In this document: one piece after another, positions 21,605-33,395 of the stretch
Layout of the letters: each line of letters begins with the position of its first letter
Numbering within the stretch: position 1 is the first letter of the stretch
NCBI GenBank assembly: GCA_013239625.1
Contig: MU053504.1
Location: 2,426,607-2,461,125, forward strand
DNA length: 34,519 bases
Source of the DNA: Lama guanicoe
Taxonomy: Eukaryota
Direction: 5' to 3'
Made by a program: the position numbers and the translations under genes
The notes under the pieces: generated by a model
What the model was told of the DNA's origin: nothing
Seen by the model: the letters and a program-made list of their open reading frames with translations, nothing else
Database searches by the model: none

Positions 21605-22741
21605 TTCTTTTACATGATTGAATTATGTTCCAATAGATTTTTATTAGAAATATTTCAGCTATGGCTTTTAGGAGACTTTACCCTGCTTTTGGGGTCTGTT
21701 AGTGACCTCCAGTTCATTCTAATCAGTTTTGTCATCCACGATCCAGCATCTGAGGTTCTGACCAACATGTATAAAATTGATATAGATCAGGTAACCCTGG
21801 ATCATATGTACTCAAAAGAATTCTAAATTCCTCAATGAATAGTTACTGGTCTTGTCTGGGTTTAGGGAAATGCTTAATTATAGTTATTAATTCAGCTCTG
21901 GTCCAACAGTTGTCTGCATGTCTAGCTCATGGAAGGACTGTACCATTAGAGGCAACTGACATTTAAGGATTTTAGGAGATGTTGGGAGAGTGTAGGGGCT
22001 GGACAGGGGAAGAGCAGGGAGGAGTCAGTAGAGGTGTGGAGGGGGATCAGTTGGGAGGATAAGGGGGAAGACGCAGGTGCTGGGTCTAGGGAATTAACTG
22101 GACGAAAAGGAGGGGGAGGGTTTGCCAGTAAAATGAATCTAGCTTGTTGTTGCCTAAGGCTGTCAAATTGCTCATTAGCTTGGCCAAGAATCTTTAATCG
22201 AGTGTCTTGGGCCCTCAGCCTGACGGTTGGCTGTCTCCAAGTGCAGAGCTGGCAGTTTGCTCCCTGCAGAAAACCAGGGAGAATACTGTCTCTGGGAAAA
22301 GTATTGGGATGGAAGAAGAATGTTACCCAGTTGTGTTGGTGACCCACAGCCAAGTCTGCATGAGAACCACAAAGTCACCGATGTGGTCCATGAGGCTGGC
22401 TTGATCAACAAGCCTGAGGGGGCCCTATGCCTGTGTTCTGCCCTGTGATTCTCCTTCTTGTGACAAACAGCAACTTTGACGGCAGCACACATGTTGGAAA
22501 TACAAAAGGGAGCAAAAGAGATGAAAAGGAATGGCCTGATTCCACCAAGGATGCAAACAAATAGGAACCAATAATAAAACCTGGGCGCTAAACCAGTCAT
22601 AAGTAGCTGAGGACTCAGTGTGAAGGGGAAGGAGTTCAGAATTACCGTGTTGGTGTGGATTTGACCAGCCAAAGGCAGCAATACACAGACAATACACCTG
22701 GCCAAAGGCTGGGGTCTGCAGTGATGCATAGTACAAACTGT
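21605..22741 (-). mobile_element. ERV1-class internal region: leader plus degraded gag
   Basis: Minus-strand translation from 21905 is WTRAELITIIKHFPKPRQDQ*LFIEEFRILLSTYDPGLPDLYQF, then after a frameshift YMLVRTSDAGSWMTK, resembling ERV1 Gag capsid N-terminal helices. A Pro/Ser-rich linker (ORF 21946..22353) precedes it. Confidence 0.75.
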
Positions 22742-22759
22742 TTCTCAGTGGGACCTCCA
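22742..22759 (-). other. Retroviral primer binding site, tRNA-Gln
   Basis: The minus strand reads TGGAGGTCCCACTGAGAA, a 16/18 match to the complement of the tRNA-Gln 3' end (TGGAGGTCCCACCGAGAT). It lies between the LTR end and gag. Confidence 0.8.
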
Positions 22760-22766
22760 GGTAAAC

Positions 22767-23215
22767 TGGAAATAAATGAAGACCACCCAAAGGAGAATAA
22801 ACAGAAGCCATTTATTCAGAGCCTGTGGTAGCAAGGGAATCAGCCACCATCGCTTGCATTTGTCAGGGACTCAAAGGCAGGAAGTGGGTAGGAAAGTATT
22901 ACAGTAAAAAAAAAAAAAGAAGAAGAAAAAAGGGAAAGCTTCAGGAGTGCTGACTGGAGGTGGTTGGCATGGCGACCCTGCAGGAGGCCTGACTAGAAGA
23001 GGGGCATCTTACATGATTGGTTTGGGGAAGACACTTGCCTTTTTCTAGTAGGACCTGAGTTGGAAACAGATACAAAAAATAAGGAAGCTGGAAGTCACTG
23101 ACCAATTTCTGACCATTCTGGGCTAATTGCTGCAGAGGTTTGTCTGCTGAACATTGTCTGACGAGACATTTGGTGTCTTGCTCTGGGAAGTTCACAGACT
23201 GGGTAAGGAAATAGG
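22767..23215 (-). mobile_element. ERV1-class 5' LTR
   Basis: The minus strand has CCAAT (23016-23020) and AATAAA (22811-22816), and ends ...ggtcttcatttatttcca next to the PBS. The distal boundary is uncertain. Confidence 0.7.
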
Positions 23216-23619
23216 TGTACGCTCAAGGACAAGACTGTGCCTGGGATAAGGGGATCCATATGAGGCCTGGCTAAAGGGTCAGGCTGTAGGTGGAGTGAGG
23301 GTTGGGTTGTACTCAGGAGAGGGGTTGGGCTCTGGGCAGGTGACTGGTCAGAGTGGAGCAAGGGGATTGGCCAGAGGCTTTTTTCTGAGGGCGGGGCTGA
23401 CTTTAACGCTGGTCCCATCTCTGACCAGCTCTGACTTAAACTCCTCCTACTTTTCTACCATCTACTTAGGCATTAAGAGACCTTCCCCCAACTGTCCCTG
23501 GTAGTCTTTGGGGGAGTACTTTGAAGTGTATTCTAGGGAGGAAGTGGCATGGCTTTGGTAATAGGGATCCTGGCCGAAATTACAGCCTGCAGTCTTTCCC
23601 TGCTGTGTGAGAAATGTGT

Positions 23620-23925
23620 TATCTCACCATCACCAAAGTCACTTTCAGAATATTTTCATTCCTGACCCTCCCCTCTCTGCTCAAACAAAGTCTCTGCACA
23701 AGCATCCACTCCCATCCCGTCACACTTACTCTCCTTGGCAATCACTAATCCACTTTTTATCTCCATAGATTTACCTATTCTGGACATTTTATATAAATGG
23801 AATCACACAGTACATGGTCTTTTGTGACTGGCTTTTTTCATTTAATATTTTCAAGATTCATCCATGTTCTAGTGTATTTCGGTACTTCATTCCTCTTTCT
23901 GGCTGAATATTATTCCATTCCATTG
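23620..23925 (-). mobile_element. L1MB-like 3' end
   Basis: ctccatagatttacctattctggacattttatataaatggaatcacacagta...caagattcatccatgtt. Confidence 0.8.
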
Positions 23926-25050
23926 AAAGTAGCTCATTTAAGGTCTTTGTCCAGGTAGTTCATCATCTGACTTTCTCAGGGACAGTTTTCTATTGATTCT
24001 CCTTTTCTCTGTATGTGGGTCATACTTTCTGGTTTCTTTGCATGTTTCTTTAAATTTTTGCTAAAACCTGTACATTTTAAAATGCAACATGGCGTGTCTG
24101 GACATCAGATTCTTACCCTTCCTCCCCATCAGTGTTTGTTATTCTTGCTATTTGTTGTACATGTTGTTGTTTGATGACTTTTCTGAATTAATTCTTTAAA
24201 GTCTGTATTGTTTGTCACGTGTAGCCACTGACGTCTCTCCTTGGTTAGTTTAGTTGTCAGCTGATAAATGAACAGATTTCCTTAGATAAGTCTCCCAGGC
24301 TTTGCCAAGGGGCTCTGTGTTCATGTTGGGGCACACTCTCAGCCCTCAGCCAGGCAATTGACACCCCTTCTTTTGCCTTCACTTGCTTGTGTGGCTCCTC
24401 AAAGTCAGCCAGAGATGGCGTTCAGGGCTTCTCAAGCCTTTACTGAGCATGTGCACAGCCCTACACATGCGAGTGGTTTTCTAGATTCCCAGGAATACGT
24501 CAGAATTTTCAAAGTCCCTACGGATATCTCATTGTTCAGCTTTTCCTTTTAAACTTTTTGCTTAGTCTAGTGTTTGCTCCAACTGTTATCCACCACCTTA
24601 GGCAGCATGAAGTTAAGCATTTGCCTTTAATTGGTTTTCATATTGGGAAAACAGTCACGTCAAATAGAGACAGTCTTGCACGTCTGCAGATCTTGCAAGG
24701 AATCATCAAACAGGTCAAATAATGGCAATTCCTCAGGACTGTCGTTTTGGAAGAGCTCCACCTCTGCTCTGCTCCTGGTGGCTGCCAGGTTGTTACTTTT
24801 CACTGAAAAGGTGGGTTGTTATTTTTCAAGACTGCTGTGTGGAACAGTAGAGTGGGGGATGGGATGAGGGCAAGTTAAAATGCAACAAAGTTTACTGTTC
24901 TTAATGAGACTCAATTATTTTTCTTTGAATACGTATTCTGTTAATAATAAACTCTGATTAACTTCTTGAGTTCTAAAAAAAGCTGATTCTGATGAGTTTT
25001 GCTGTTTTGGAAGAGAAAATTTTCAGAGATCCTTACTCTGCCATTTTCAC
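23926..25050 (-). mobile_element. Old L1 5' region (L1M-type)
   Basis: ttctcagggacagttttctattga...gtcatactttctggtttctttgcatg and ttttcagagatccttactctgccattt, typical antisense L1M 5' ends. Confidence 0.6.
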
Positions 25051-25325
25051 TGATGCCATCTCCTCATGGTCTTGTTTAACATGTTCATCTGGGCCTCTAA
25101 AAAGATTTTGTGCGGCCATTTCTTTCCTAGATTCATTATTTCTTCAGAGGGTGTGAACTTGTGGTTTTCTGCATCTGTTGTTTCTTCTGCATTTGTTAGC
25201 TGTGATTCCATTTATTAGCTGCCCTCATCAATTTTTGGTTATTCTGGAATATAGTTATGCAAGAAAAGAAGGCTAGAAATTTGGTTCCTTTTTTCATTTG
25301 TTAGTGTGATTAAAAAACACAATGA

Positions 25326-25498
25326 GAGGCGGGTACAGCTCAGTGGCAGAGCGTATGCTTAGCATGCATGAGGTCATGGGTACAATCCCCAGTACTTCTG
25401 TTAAAGTAAATAAATTAAATAAAAACCTAATTACCTCCCTCCACCAAAAAAAAAAAAGACTGATTAAAAAAATAAGAAATAAAATTCTAAAAAAAAAA
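25326..25498 (+). mobile_element. tRNA-derived SINE, camelid type (Vic-1-like), inserted in L1
   Basis: A box cagctcagtgg, degenerate B box gggtacaatccc, body gcttagcatgcatgaggtc, tail aaataaaaacctaattacctccc plus poly(A). Flanks aaaaaacacaatga/aaaaaaaaatga look like a TSD. Confidence 0.85.
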
Positions 25499-25691
25499 TG
25501 AAATTTATCACCTTGACCATTTTAAGTATATATAGTTCAGTAGTATTAAGGGTATTCACATTGCTGTGAAACAGAGATCCAGAACTTTTTAAACTTGTAA
25601 ATCTGAAACTCTATACCTATTAAACAACAATGATCCCTTTCTCCCTCCCCTCAGGACCTGGTAACCACCATTCTACTTTCAGTTTCTATGA

Positions 25692-25750
25692 ATTTGACTA
25701 TTTTAGATACTTTATATAAATGATTTGACTATTTTAGATACTTTATATAA
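25692..25750. repeat. 31-bp tandem duplication inside L1
   Basis: atttgactattttagatactttatataa occurs at 25692 and 25723. Confidence 0.95.
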
Positions 25751-27229
25751 GTGGAACCATACAGTATTTGTCTTTTAGTTACTGTTTTATTTCACTTAAC
25801 ATAATGTCTTCAAGTTTCATCCATGTGGTAGCATGTGACAGGATTTCCTTATTTTTTGAGGGTGCATAGTATTTCATTGTGTGTATAAACTGCATTTTGT
25901 CCACTCATCTGATGGATATTTGGGTTGCTTCCAACTCTTAGCTATTGGGAATAGTGCTACTATGAACTCGTGTGTGCAAGTATCTCTTCAAGAGCCTGAT
26001 TTCAATTCTTTGAGATATATGCCTGGAAGTGGGATTGCTGGATCAGCTGGTAGTTCTATTTTTAATTTTTGGAGAAACCTCTATACTGTTTTCCATAGTA
26101 ATTGCACCATTTTACAATCCCACCAAAAATGCACATGTTCCAATTTCTCCACATCCTCACCAATCCTTGTTATTTTCTAGTGTTTTAAATAGTAGCCATC
26201 CTAATGGGCATAAGGTGATATTTCATTGTGGTTTTGGTTTGCATTTCTCTAATGATTAGTGATGATTATCTTTTCATATACTTGTTGGTCATTTGTATAT
26301 CTTCTTTGGAGAAATACCTATGCAGGTCCTTTGACCATATTTTAATCAGATAATTTGCTTCTTTGTTGTTGAGTTGTAGAAGTTCTTTATATAGATATTC
26401 TGGATACTAACCCTTTAACATATTATGATTTGCAAATATTTTCTTCCATTCAGTGAGTTAGTTGTCTTTTTACTCTGTTGGTTGTGTCTTTCGATGCACA
26501 AAAGTTTTTAAGATTGATAGAGTCCTGTTTGACTACTTTTGCCTTTGTGGTCTGTCCTTTTGGTGTCATATCCAAGAAATCATTGCAAAATCCAATGTCT
26601 AAGCTTCTTCCCCCTGATATTTTCTTCCAGGAGTTTTATAGTTTTGAGTCTCACATTTAAGTCTTTAATCCATGTTGAGTTATTTTTTGTATATAGTGTT
26701 AGGGGTACAACTTTATTCTTTTGCATGTGGCTATTCAATTTTTTCCCCAACACCATTTGTTGAAGAGACCCATTGAGTGGTCTCAGCATCTTGTAGAAGA
26801 TCATTTGATCATATATGTGAGGGTTTCTTTCTGGGGTCTCAATTCTATTCCATTCATCTATTTGTTTTTCTTTATGCAAAGCTTGATTCTTTTCCTTTAT
26901 CAACTTTCAGAGTAAAGAGTTAATATCCTATCCAATTCTGTTAGTCTTTCAAAAAAAAATCCTTAAATCTCATGGATTTTTTTGTTTTTGGTGTGTTTGA
27001 ATTCACTGCAGTCATTGCTCTCTCTTGGACAATGTGAAGATCCTCTCTTAAAGCTGTGAAGATCCTTTAACTTGGCCCCTATGCCAGCTTATAACTGGAG
27101 AGGTTTCAATCACAACAATATATTCCAGGACTGTGATGTATATTTCCTGCTTTAGACCTGGGCTCAGCTGCTTCTCCAAGGAGTCCTGGTTTGCTTTAAT
27201 TTTAGAGATCACAATATAGGTGTCAGCTG

Positions 27230-27800
27230 CTTTTTCGGATTACCTATTGCTGTGTAACAAACTACCCCAAGGATGAAGCTTAAAATAACAATAATTAAAA
27301 AATTTTTTTGATCATTTATAATGGTTCTGGCCGTTGACCTGGACTCTGGTAGTTTCCACTTAGAGGGGCTGGGGAGCTCTTTTATGTGGTTGCAGTGAGT
27401 TCCTATGTCTGGGGGCTTCTCCACAATTTAATCACTTACATGTCCAATGTCTGAGCTGGGATAACTTCTAGTGGTAGGAATGGCCGAAATTCCTTGGCCA
27501 TGTCTCTCTTCCCCACCCTCTCTGTGCTCCTGACACCTGGCAGCCTCAGCACACCTGGACTTCTTATCTGGTAACTGAATGCTCCCAGAGCAAGTGTTTT
27601 TAAGAGAAATGGGCAGAAACTATATGGTATTTCCTACCTTAGCCTTGGAAGTAGTGAAGCATTACTTCCATTGTAGTCTTTTTTATAGAGGCAGTCACAT
27701 CTACCCAGGTTCAAAGGAAAGGACTTGCACTCTGTATCTTGATGAAAGGACCTGTCAAAGAATTTGCAGACGTTTGTGGACAAGTTCTAAGACCATCATA
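27230..27800 (-). mobile_element. Old MaLR LTR (MLT1H-K group)
   Basis: ctattgctgtgtaacaaactaccccaa...gcttaaaataacaata and gtcaca...ccaggttcaaagga...cttgatgaaagga. Confidence 0.7.
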
Positions 27801-27972
27801 GCCTTTCCAGTAGACAGAGTTTGAAAATACATATGTATGTATGAGAAGGAGTAATTAATCATAAGTTTAATATGCCAAATCCTAATCCCTAAACCTATGC
27901 ATTTTAAAAAATATTTTTATGGTGGGGGAAGTTAAGATTTCAGAAAGATCTAATTCTTTTTGAATTTATTAA

Positions 27973-30416
27973 TTTTTACTAATCAGCTGACCTTAAAACA
28001 AGAAGAGTATCCTGAGTTATCCAGGTGGGTCCAGTGTAAATCATGAGGGTTCTTAAATGCTAAGGAGGAAGTCAGAAGAGACAACCAGAGAGACAGCATC
28101 GTAAGAAAGATTAGACTGGCCATTGTCGACTTTGAAGACGGAAGGGGGCCTTGAGTCAAGGAATGTGGGCAGCATCTAGAAGCTGGAAAATGCAAGAAAA
28201 TAGATTCTCTCTAGAACCTCCAGAAATGAATGCAGCCCTGCTAACACCTTGATTTTAATCCAATGGGGCCCATTTTGGACATCTGACCTCCAAAATGGTT
28301 AGATAATAACTTTGCTTTCTTTTAAGCCACCGAGTTTGCAGTAATTTGTTAATTAGCAGCGATAGGAGGCTAGTACAAATTTTGGTGCCTGAAGCAAGGT
28401 GCTGCTGAACCAAATACCTAAAAATCTGCAAGTGGCTTTGAAATTGGGCAGTGGCTGGAGGTTGGAAGAATTTTTTGCAGCATGATCCAAAAAAACCCTA
28501 GATTGTTGAATAGATTGTTCATAGAAATAAGGATGTCAGTGATAACTCAGAAGGAAGTGAGAGGCAAGCTAGCGGAAACCTCAGTTGCCTCAGAGGACAT
28601 GAAATCATAATGAACAGAATGTTGCTTTTTTTTGTGGGGGAGGGAAGGATTTGTCACTTGCAGCAAATAAGAATACCAGGGATCTTTCCCAGAGCAGTGT
28701 CTCCATGAACAGAATGTTGACAGAAACATGGATATTAAAAATACTGTTGGTGAGGGCTCAGATGGAAAAGAGAAATATGTTATTGGAAACTTGTGGAAAG
28801 GGGATTAGCTAAAAGCTTGCCACATTGTGTTCTGCAGTTATGTGGAAAGCGAAACTGGTAAATGATGAATGTAGATATTTATCTGAGATTTTCAAACAAG
28901 GTGTTAAATATGTAGCCTGGTTTATTTTTGCTTCTTAACAGCAAAATGTGAAAGAAAGAGGTTGAGGGACGAACTGTTACACAAAAAGGACCCAGAACTT
29001 GAGGATTTGGGAAGTTCTCCACTTATCCAGATTGCAAAAAGAAGCTAAAAATTAGGAGATTCAAAGTCAGGAAAGCACACTTTAGAGAGAAATCTAAGTG
29101 TGTGGATGGACAAACTTTTATTAGTGCTTTGGAAAGATCAAAGTTCAGAGTGATCATACACAGGGCTCTTTGAAGTTGTGCGACTCATGGATCACTCAAC
29201 TGTCTCAGCAAAAGTCAGGAATAGACATTTCTGTAGGGGAGCCTCTTGTCTAATGGAGTGAATTCCTGAGATACATGCAGGAGATCCACAAGGTTATTGA
29301 GAACCTATGCCAGCAGAAACACTGGCACCTTGGCTCAAATGGTTGAGAGAGAGGAGAAAATGAAAGAAGGCTGCTGGACCCTGAAAACTCTACAGGAAAG
29401 AAACAAGCTGATTAAACTATTCAGCTGCAAACACAAGACATTTCATAAAAGAAAAAGAGTGTGACTCCAAGGGTAGAGACTTGACCTAGAGAGGATTATT
29501 CCCAGACCATGGAGCCAAATGGAATTTGCTTGGCTGGATTTTGAAATTGCTTGGGAACTGTAACTCCTTTTTCCCTTCCATTTTCTTCTCTTTGAACCAA
29601 ATACCTGCAATTGGTTTCCTATGCCTGTCCCACCATTGCTCTTTGGGAGCAGATAACCTGTTTCGTGAGTTTCATAGGCTCACAGATGGAGAAGAATTGT
29701 GTGTCAGATAGATAATAGCCAGAGCCTTACCTATACCTGATTTAGATGATTTCAATGATGAGATTTGAGATTTCTGAGCTAATGAGATTTAGATGAAATT
29801 TTGGACTTGATGCCGTCATAAATTGAGACTGGGGACCTTGAGATGCAGTGAATGCATTTTGTATATGGAACAGATGTGAATATTTGGGGACCAATGAGCA
29901 GAATGTGGTCGGCAGGATAAAGGCCCTATAAAGATGTTCACTTCTAACCCCAGGACCTATATTTACAGGCTATGTTATACCGTATGACAAGAGAAAACTA
30001 AGTCTGCAGAGGAGATTAATTTTGCTAGTCAACTGAACTTAAAACAAGGAGGGTATCCTGGATTATCCAAGTGAGCCCAGTGTAATCACAAGGGTCTTTA
30101 GATGGTGATGATGAAAGCAGAAGTGTCAGAACCAGAGAGATGACAGAAAGCTTAGACTGGCCATTGTGGGCTTCAGACATGGAAGGGGCCCGCAAGCCAA
30201 GGAATATGAGCAGCTTCTGGAAGCTGGAAAAGACAGGAAAACAGATTCTCTCCTAGAGCCTTCAGAAGTAAACAAAAACCTGCTGACACCTTGGTTTCAA
30301 TCCAGTGAGACTCATTTCAGACTTCTGACCTCCAGAAGTACAGGATTATGCATTTGTGTTGTTCAGACAGCTGAATCTGTGGTTATCTGTTATAGCAGCA
30401 ACAGGAAACCAAGACA
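27973..30416 (+). mobile_element. Near full-length MaLR provirus (MLT1C/D-like): 5' LTR ~27973-28377 (5'-truncated), internal 28378-29903, 3' LTR 29904-30416
   Basis: Two homologous LTR copies (e.g. aaaacaagaagagtatcctgagttatcca vs aaaacaaggagggtatcctggattatcca; agattctctctagaacct vs agattctctcctagagcct) flank MLT-int sequence that starts ttttggtgcctg...aaatacctaaaaat. Confidence 0.85.
28610..28719 (-). mobile_element. 80-bp polyadenylated retrocopy (LTR R-region-like) with 15-bp TSD
   Basis: atgaacagaatgttg at 28610-28624 and 28705-28719 flanks an insert that starts with T8. Confidence 0.75.
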
Positions 30417-30465
30417 CCAGCTTTATGGCCAACAACAAGACTGCTGAGAATAGTTTAAGATTTCT

Positions 30466-31445
30466 TGGAGAGGAGCTAAGATGGCAAAGTAGAAAGACCT
30501 TGATCTCACCTCCTCTCATGAGCACACCAGAATCACAACTATCTGCAGAACAACCATTGATGGAAAAGACTGGAACCTACTAGAAAAGATCTTCTACAAA
30601 TAAAGACAAAAAAGAAGGAACCACAGTGAGACTGGTAGGAAGGGCAGACTCATGATAATCAAATCCCATACCCCGAGGTGGGCAACCCACAGACTGGAGA
30701 ATAATTATGCTACAGACGTTTTCCCATGGGAGTGAAGAGTTCTGAGTGCCACATGGGTGTCTACAGCCCAGGGGTGCTATACCTGGAAAGTGAACCCTCA
30801 TAGCAGTGAAAGCCAGCAGGGCATAATTTTGGGAGCCCCACAGGACTAGGGGAAATAGAGACTTCATACTTACAAGGGCACACACAAGATCTCATGTGCG
30901 CCAGGACCCAGGGCAAAAGTAGCAATTTGCTAGGATCCTGGGCCAGATCTACTTGCTGGTCTTGGAGAGTCTCCTGGAGAGGTGGGGGTTGGGGAGTATG
31001 GCTCACCCTGAGGACATAGACACTGGTGGCAGCCGTATTTGCGAACATTCTACTACATGAATGCTGCTGCTGGTGGTTGCCCTCTTGGCTCATTAGCACC
31101 AAGACCTGGCCGTACCCAACAGCCTGTAGGATCCAGTGCTGGGATGCCTCAGGCCAAACAACTAACTGGGCGGGGACACAGCCCCACTTAGCTGACAGGC
31201 TACCTAAAGACTTCCTGAGCCCACAGCTACTTCTAGACATGCCCCTAGACACAGTCCTGTCCACCAGAGGGTGAACCGAGCTCCACCCACCACTGGGTCT
31301 GAATTGACCTCTAGACCAACCTCATGCACCAAGGGACAGACACGAGATGCAAGAAAACTATGACCCTGCAGTCTGCAAACTCAGCCCACCAACAGCAGGC
31401 AAGACCCTACTCTGATACCCACTAGCAGGCCAAGGCAAGCTTTGG
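30466..31445 (+). mobile_element. L1 5' UTR (laurasiatherian type)
   Basis: Starts gagctaagatggcaaagtag...ctcacctcctctcatgagcacaccagaatcacaact (YY1-like aagatggc), with typical internal blocks. Confidence 0.8.
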
Positions 31446-31865
31446 ATGGACCTAGAGATTAGCATACAAGTAAATTAAGTCAGACAAAGAGAAGTATCAT
31501 GTGATATCATTCATATATGGAATCTAAAATAAAAGATACAAATGAATTTATTTTCAAAACAGAAATAGACTCACAGACATAGAAAACAAAATTACAGTTA
31601 CCAAAGAGGAAAGATGAGGGGGAGGGATAATTCTCAGTTTGGGATTAACACGCACACACACTACTATATGTGTAACAGATAAACAAAGAGGACCTACTGT
31701 ACAGGGACCTATATTCAATGTCTTGTTATAACCTATATGTTAAAGAATCTGAAAGAGAGTATAAATATATATAATGTATAACTGAATCACTTTGCCATAT
31801 ATCTGAAACTAACACAATATTGTAAAGTAACTATACTTCAGTTTTAAAAAATGGTTAAAAACCAA
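31443..31865 (+). mobile_element. L1 3' tail (artiodactyl type)
   Basis: tggatggacctagagatt...aaacagaaatagactcacagacatagaaaacaaa...aactgaatcactttg...aactatacttca. Confidence 0.85.
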
Positions 31866-31869
31866 ACCG

Positions 31870-32737
31870 AACAAAGAAACCCAAACAACCCAACTGAAAA
31901 ATGGGCCTAAGAACCGAATAGACATTTTTCCAAAGAGGAAATGCAGGCGGCCAGCAGGCATATGAAAAGGTGCTCAACATTGCTAATCCTCAGGGAAATG
32001 CAAATTAAAACTACAGGATATCACCTCATACCAGTCAGAATGCCTGTCATCAAAAATAACACAAATAACACATGTTGGCGAAGACGTGGATAAAAGGGAG
32101 CCCTAGTACACTGTGTTTGGGAATGTAAATTTGTGCAGCTACTATGGAAAACAGGAGGCTTCTCAAAAAACTAAAAATAGAACTGTCATATGACACAGTA
32201 ATTTCTACTCCTGGGCATATATCCAGAAAAAACAAAAACACTCATTTGAAAATATACATGCACCCCAAGGTTCATAGAAGTATTATTTACAATTGCCAAG
32301 ACATGGAAGCAACCTAAGTGTCCATCAAGAGCTGAATGGATAAAGAAGATGTGATATATATACACAACGGAATACTACTCATCCTTAGAAAGAACAAAAT
32401 TTTGCCATTTGTGGCAGCATGGATGGCATTATGCTAAGTGCAATAATTCAACTGAGGAAGACAAATACTGTATAATACCACTTATATGTGGAATCTTAAA
32501 AATACAACAAACTAGTGACTATGACAAAAAAGAAGCAGACTCACCAGATAAAGGGAACAAACTCATGGTTACTAGAGGGGGTGGGGGGACGGGCAATACA
32601 GGGGTGAGGAAGTGGGAAGTACAAACTGTTGAGTGTAAGACACGCTCAAGGATGTACTGTACAATACAGGGAATATAGCCAATATTCTGTAATAACTGTA
32701 AATGGAAAGTAACCTTTAAAAGTTGTATTAAAAATTT
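31870..32737 (+). mobile_element. L1 ORF2 C-terminus and 3' UTR
   Basis: aaacaacccaactgaaaaatgggc...gaaatgcaaattaaaactaca...atggaagcaacctaagtgtccatc...gggaatatagccaatatt. Confidence 0.9.
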
Positions 32738-33027
32738 CCCTGTGAGTCGTTGTCTTTAGAATATGACTCAGTAGGTCTGCATCGTCAAATGCTTCTAAGT
32801 CATTTGAAATAATTTTTTTCTCTATGGTTATTCCACCAGCTTTGTATACAGTCAGTTCATTTGCTTCAGCTTACTTTTTATTTGTAAGGATTCTTTTTTC
32901 TTTTTGAATTAACTTACTTATTAAAAAATTGAAACATTTACATGATTCAAAAATTCTATTTCATCACCTAAATTCTCTATTTTCCATTATCATCAACCAT
33001 TAAATAATTAGTTTTTGGCTTACCTTC

Positions 33028-33395
33028 TGCTATGGACTGAATGTTTGACTATCCCAAAATTCATGTACTGAAAAACCCTAATCCCCAATGTGATGATATT
33101 GGTGATGGAGATTTTGGTAGGTAATGAGGTCAAGAGGTGGAGCTCTCATGATGAGATTTGTGCCCCTATAAGAAGAGACATAAAGAACTTTCTTCCTCTC
33201 TCTCATTCAGTCATGTAAGAATATAGCAAGAAGGTAGCTGTCTGCAAATCGTGAAGTGGGCTCTCACCAAACACTAGCTCTGCCAGTGCCTTGATCTGAG
33301 ACTACAGCATCCCAAACTGTGAGAAATAAATGTTTGTTGCCTAAGCTACCCATTTTATGGTATTTTTATTGCAGCAACCCAAACTGAATAAGACA
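33028..33395 (+). mobile_element. MLT1A-group MaLR solo LTR
   Basis: tgctatggactgaatgttt...aactgtgagaaataaatgtttgttg...aagaca; flanks ccttc/cctac (5-bp TSD, 4/5 match). Confidence 0.85.

Larger units (their letters stand above)
25300..26885 (-). mobile_element. L1 (L1MA/MB-like) 3' UTR and ORF2 C-terminus, 5'-truncated
   Basis: ORF 26580..26903 encodes the L1 ORF2p motifs IDEWNRIETPE..PHIY and YTKNNSTWIKDLNVR..TIKLLEEN; a typical L1MA 3' UTR runs to ~25300. Confidence 0.9.

Noticed and set aside
21946..22729. 135-aa and 184-aa ORFs as a domesticated gag or novel gene
   Set aside because: The gag frame has stops and frameshifts; the other ORF covers the ERV leader and has no recognisable homology.
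25326..25400. tRNA-like sequence
   Set aside because: Degenerate B box, SINE tail and poly(A); it is a SINE head, not a tRNA gene.
30761..31264. Antisense ORF in the L1 5' UTR (ORF0-like idea)
   Set aside because: GTG start in a decayed element; no similarity to primate ORF0 that I can support.
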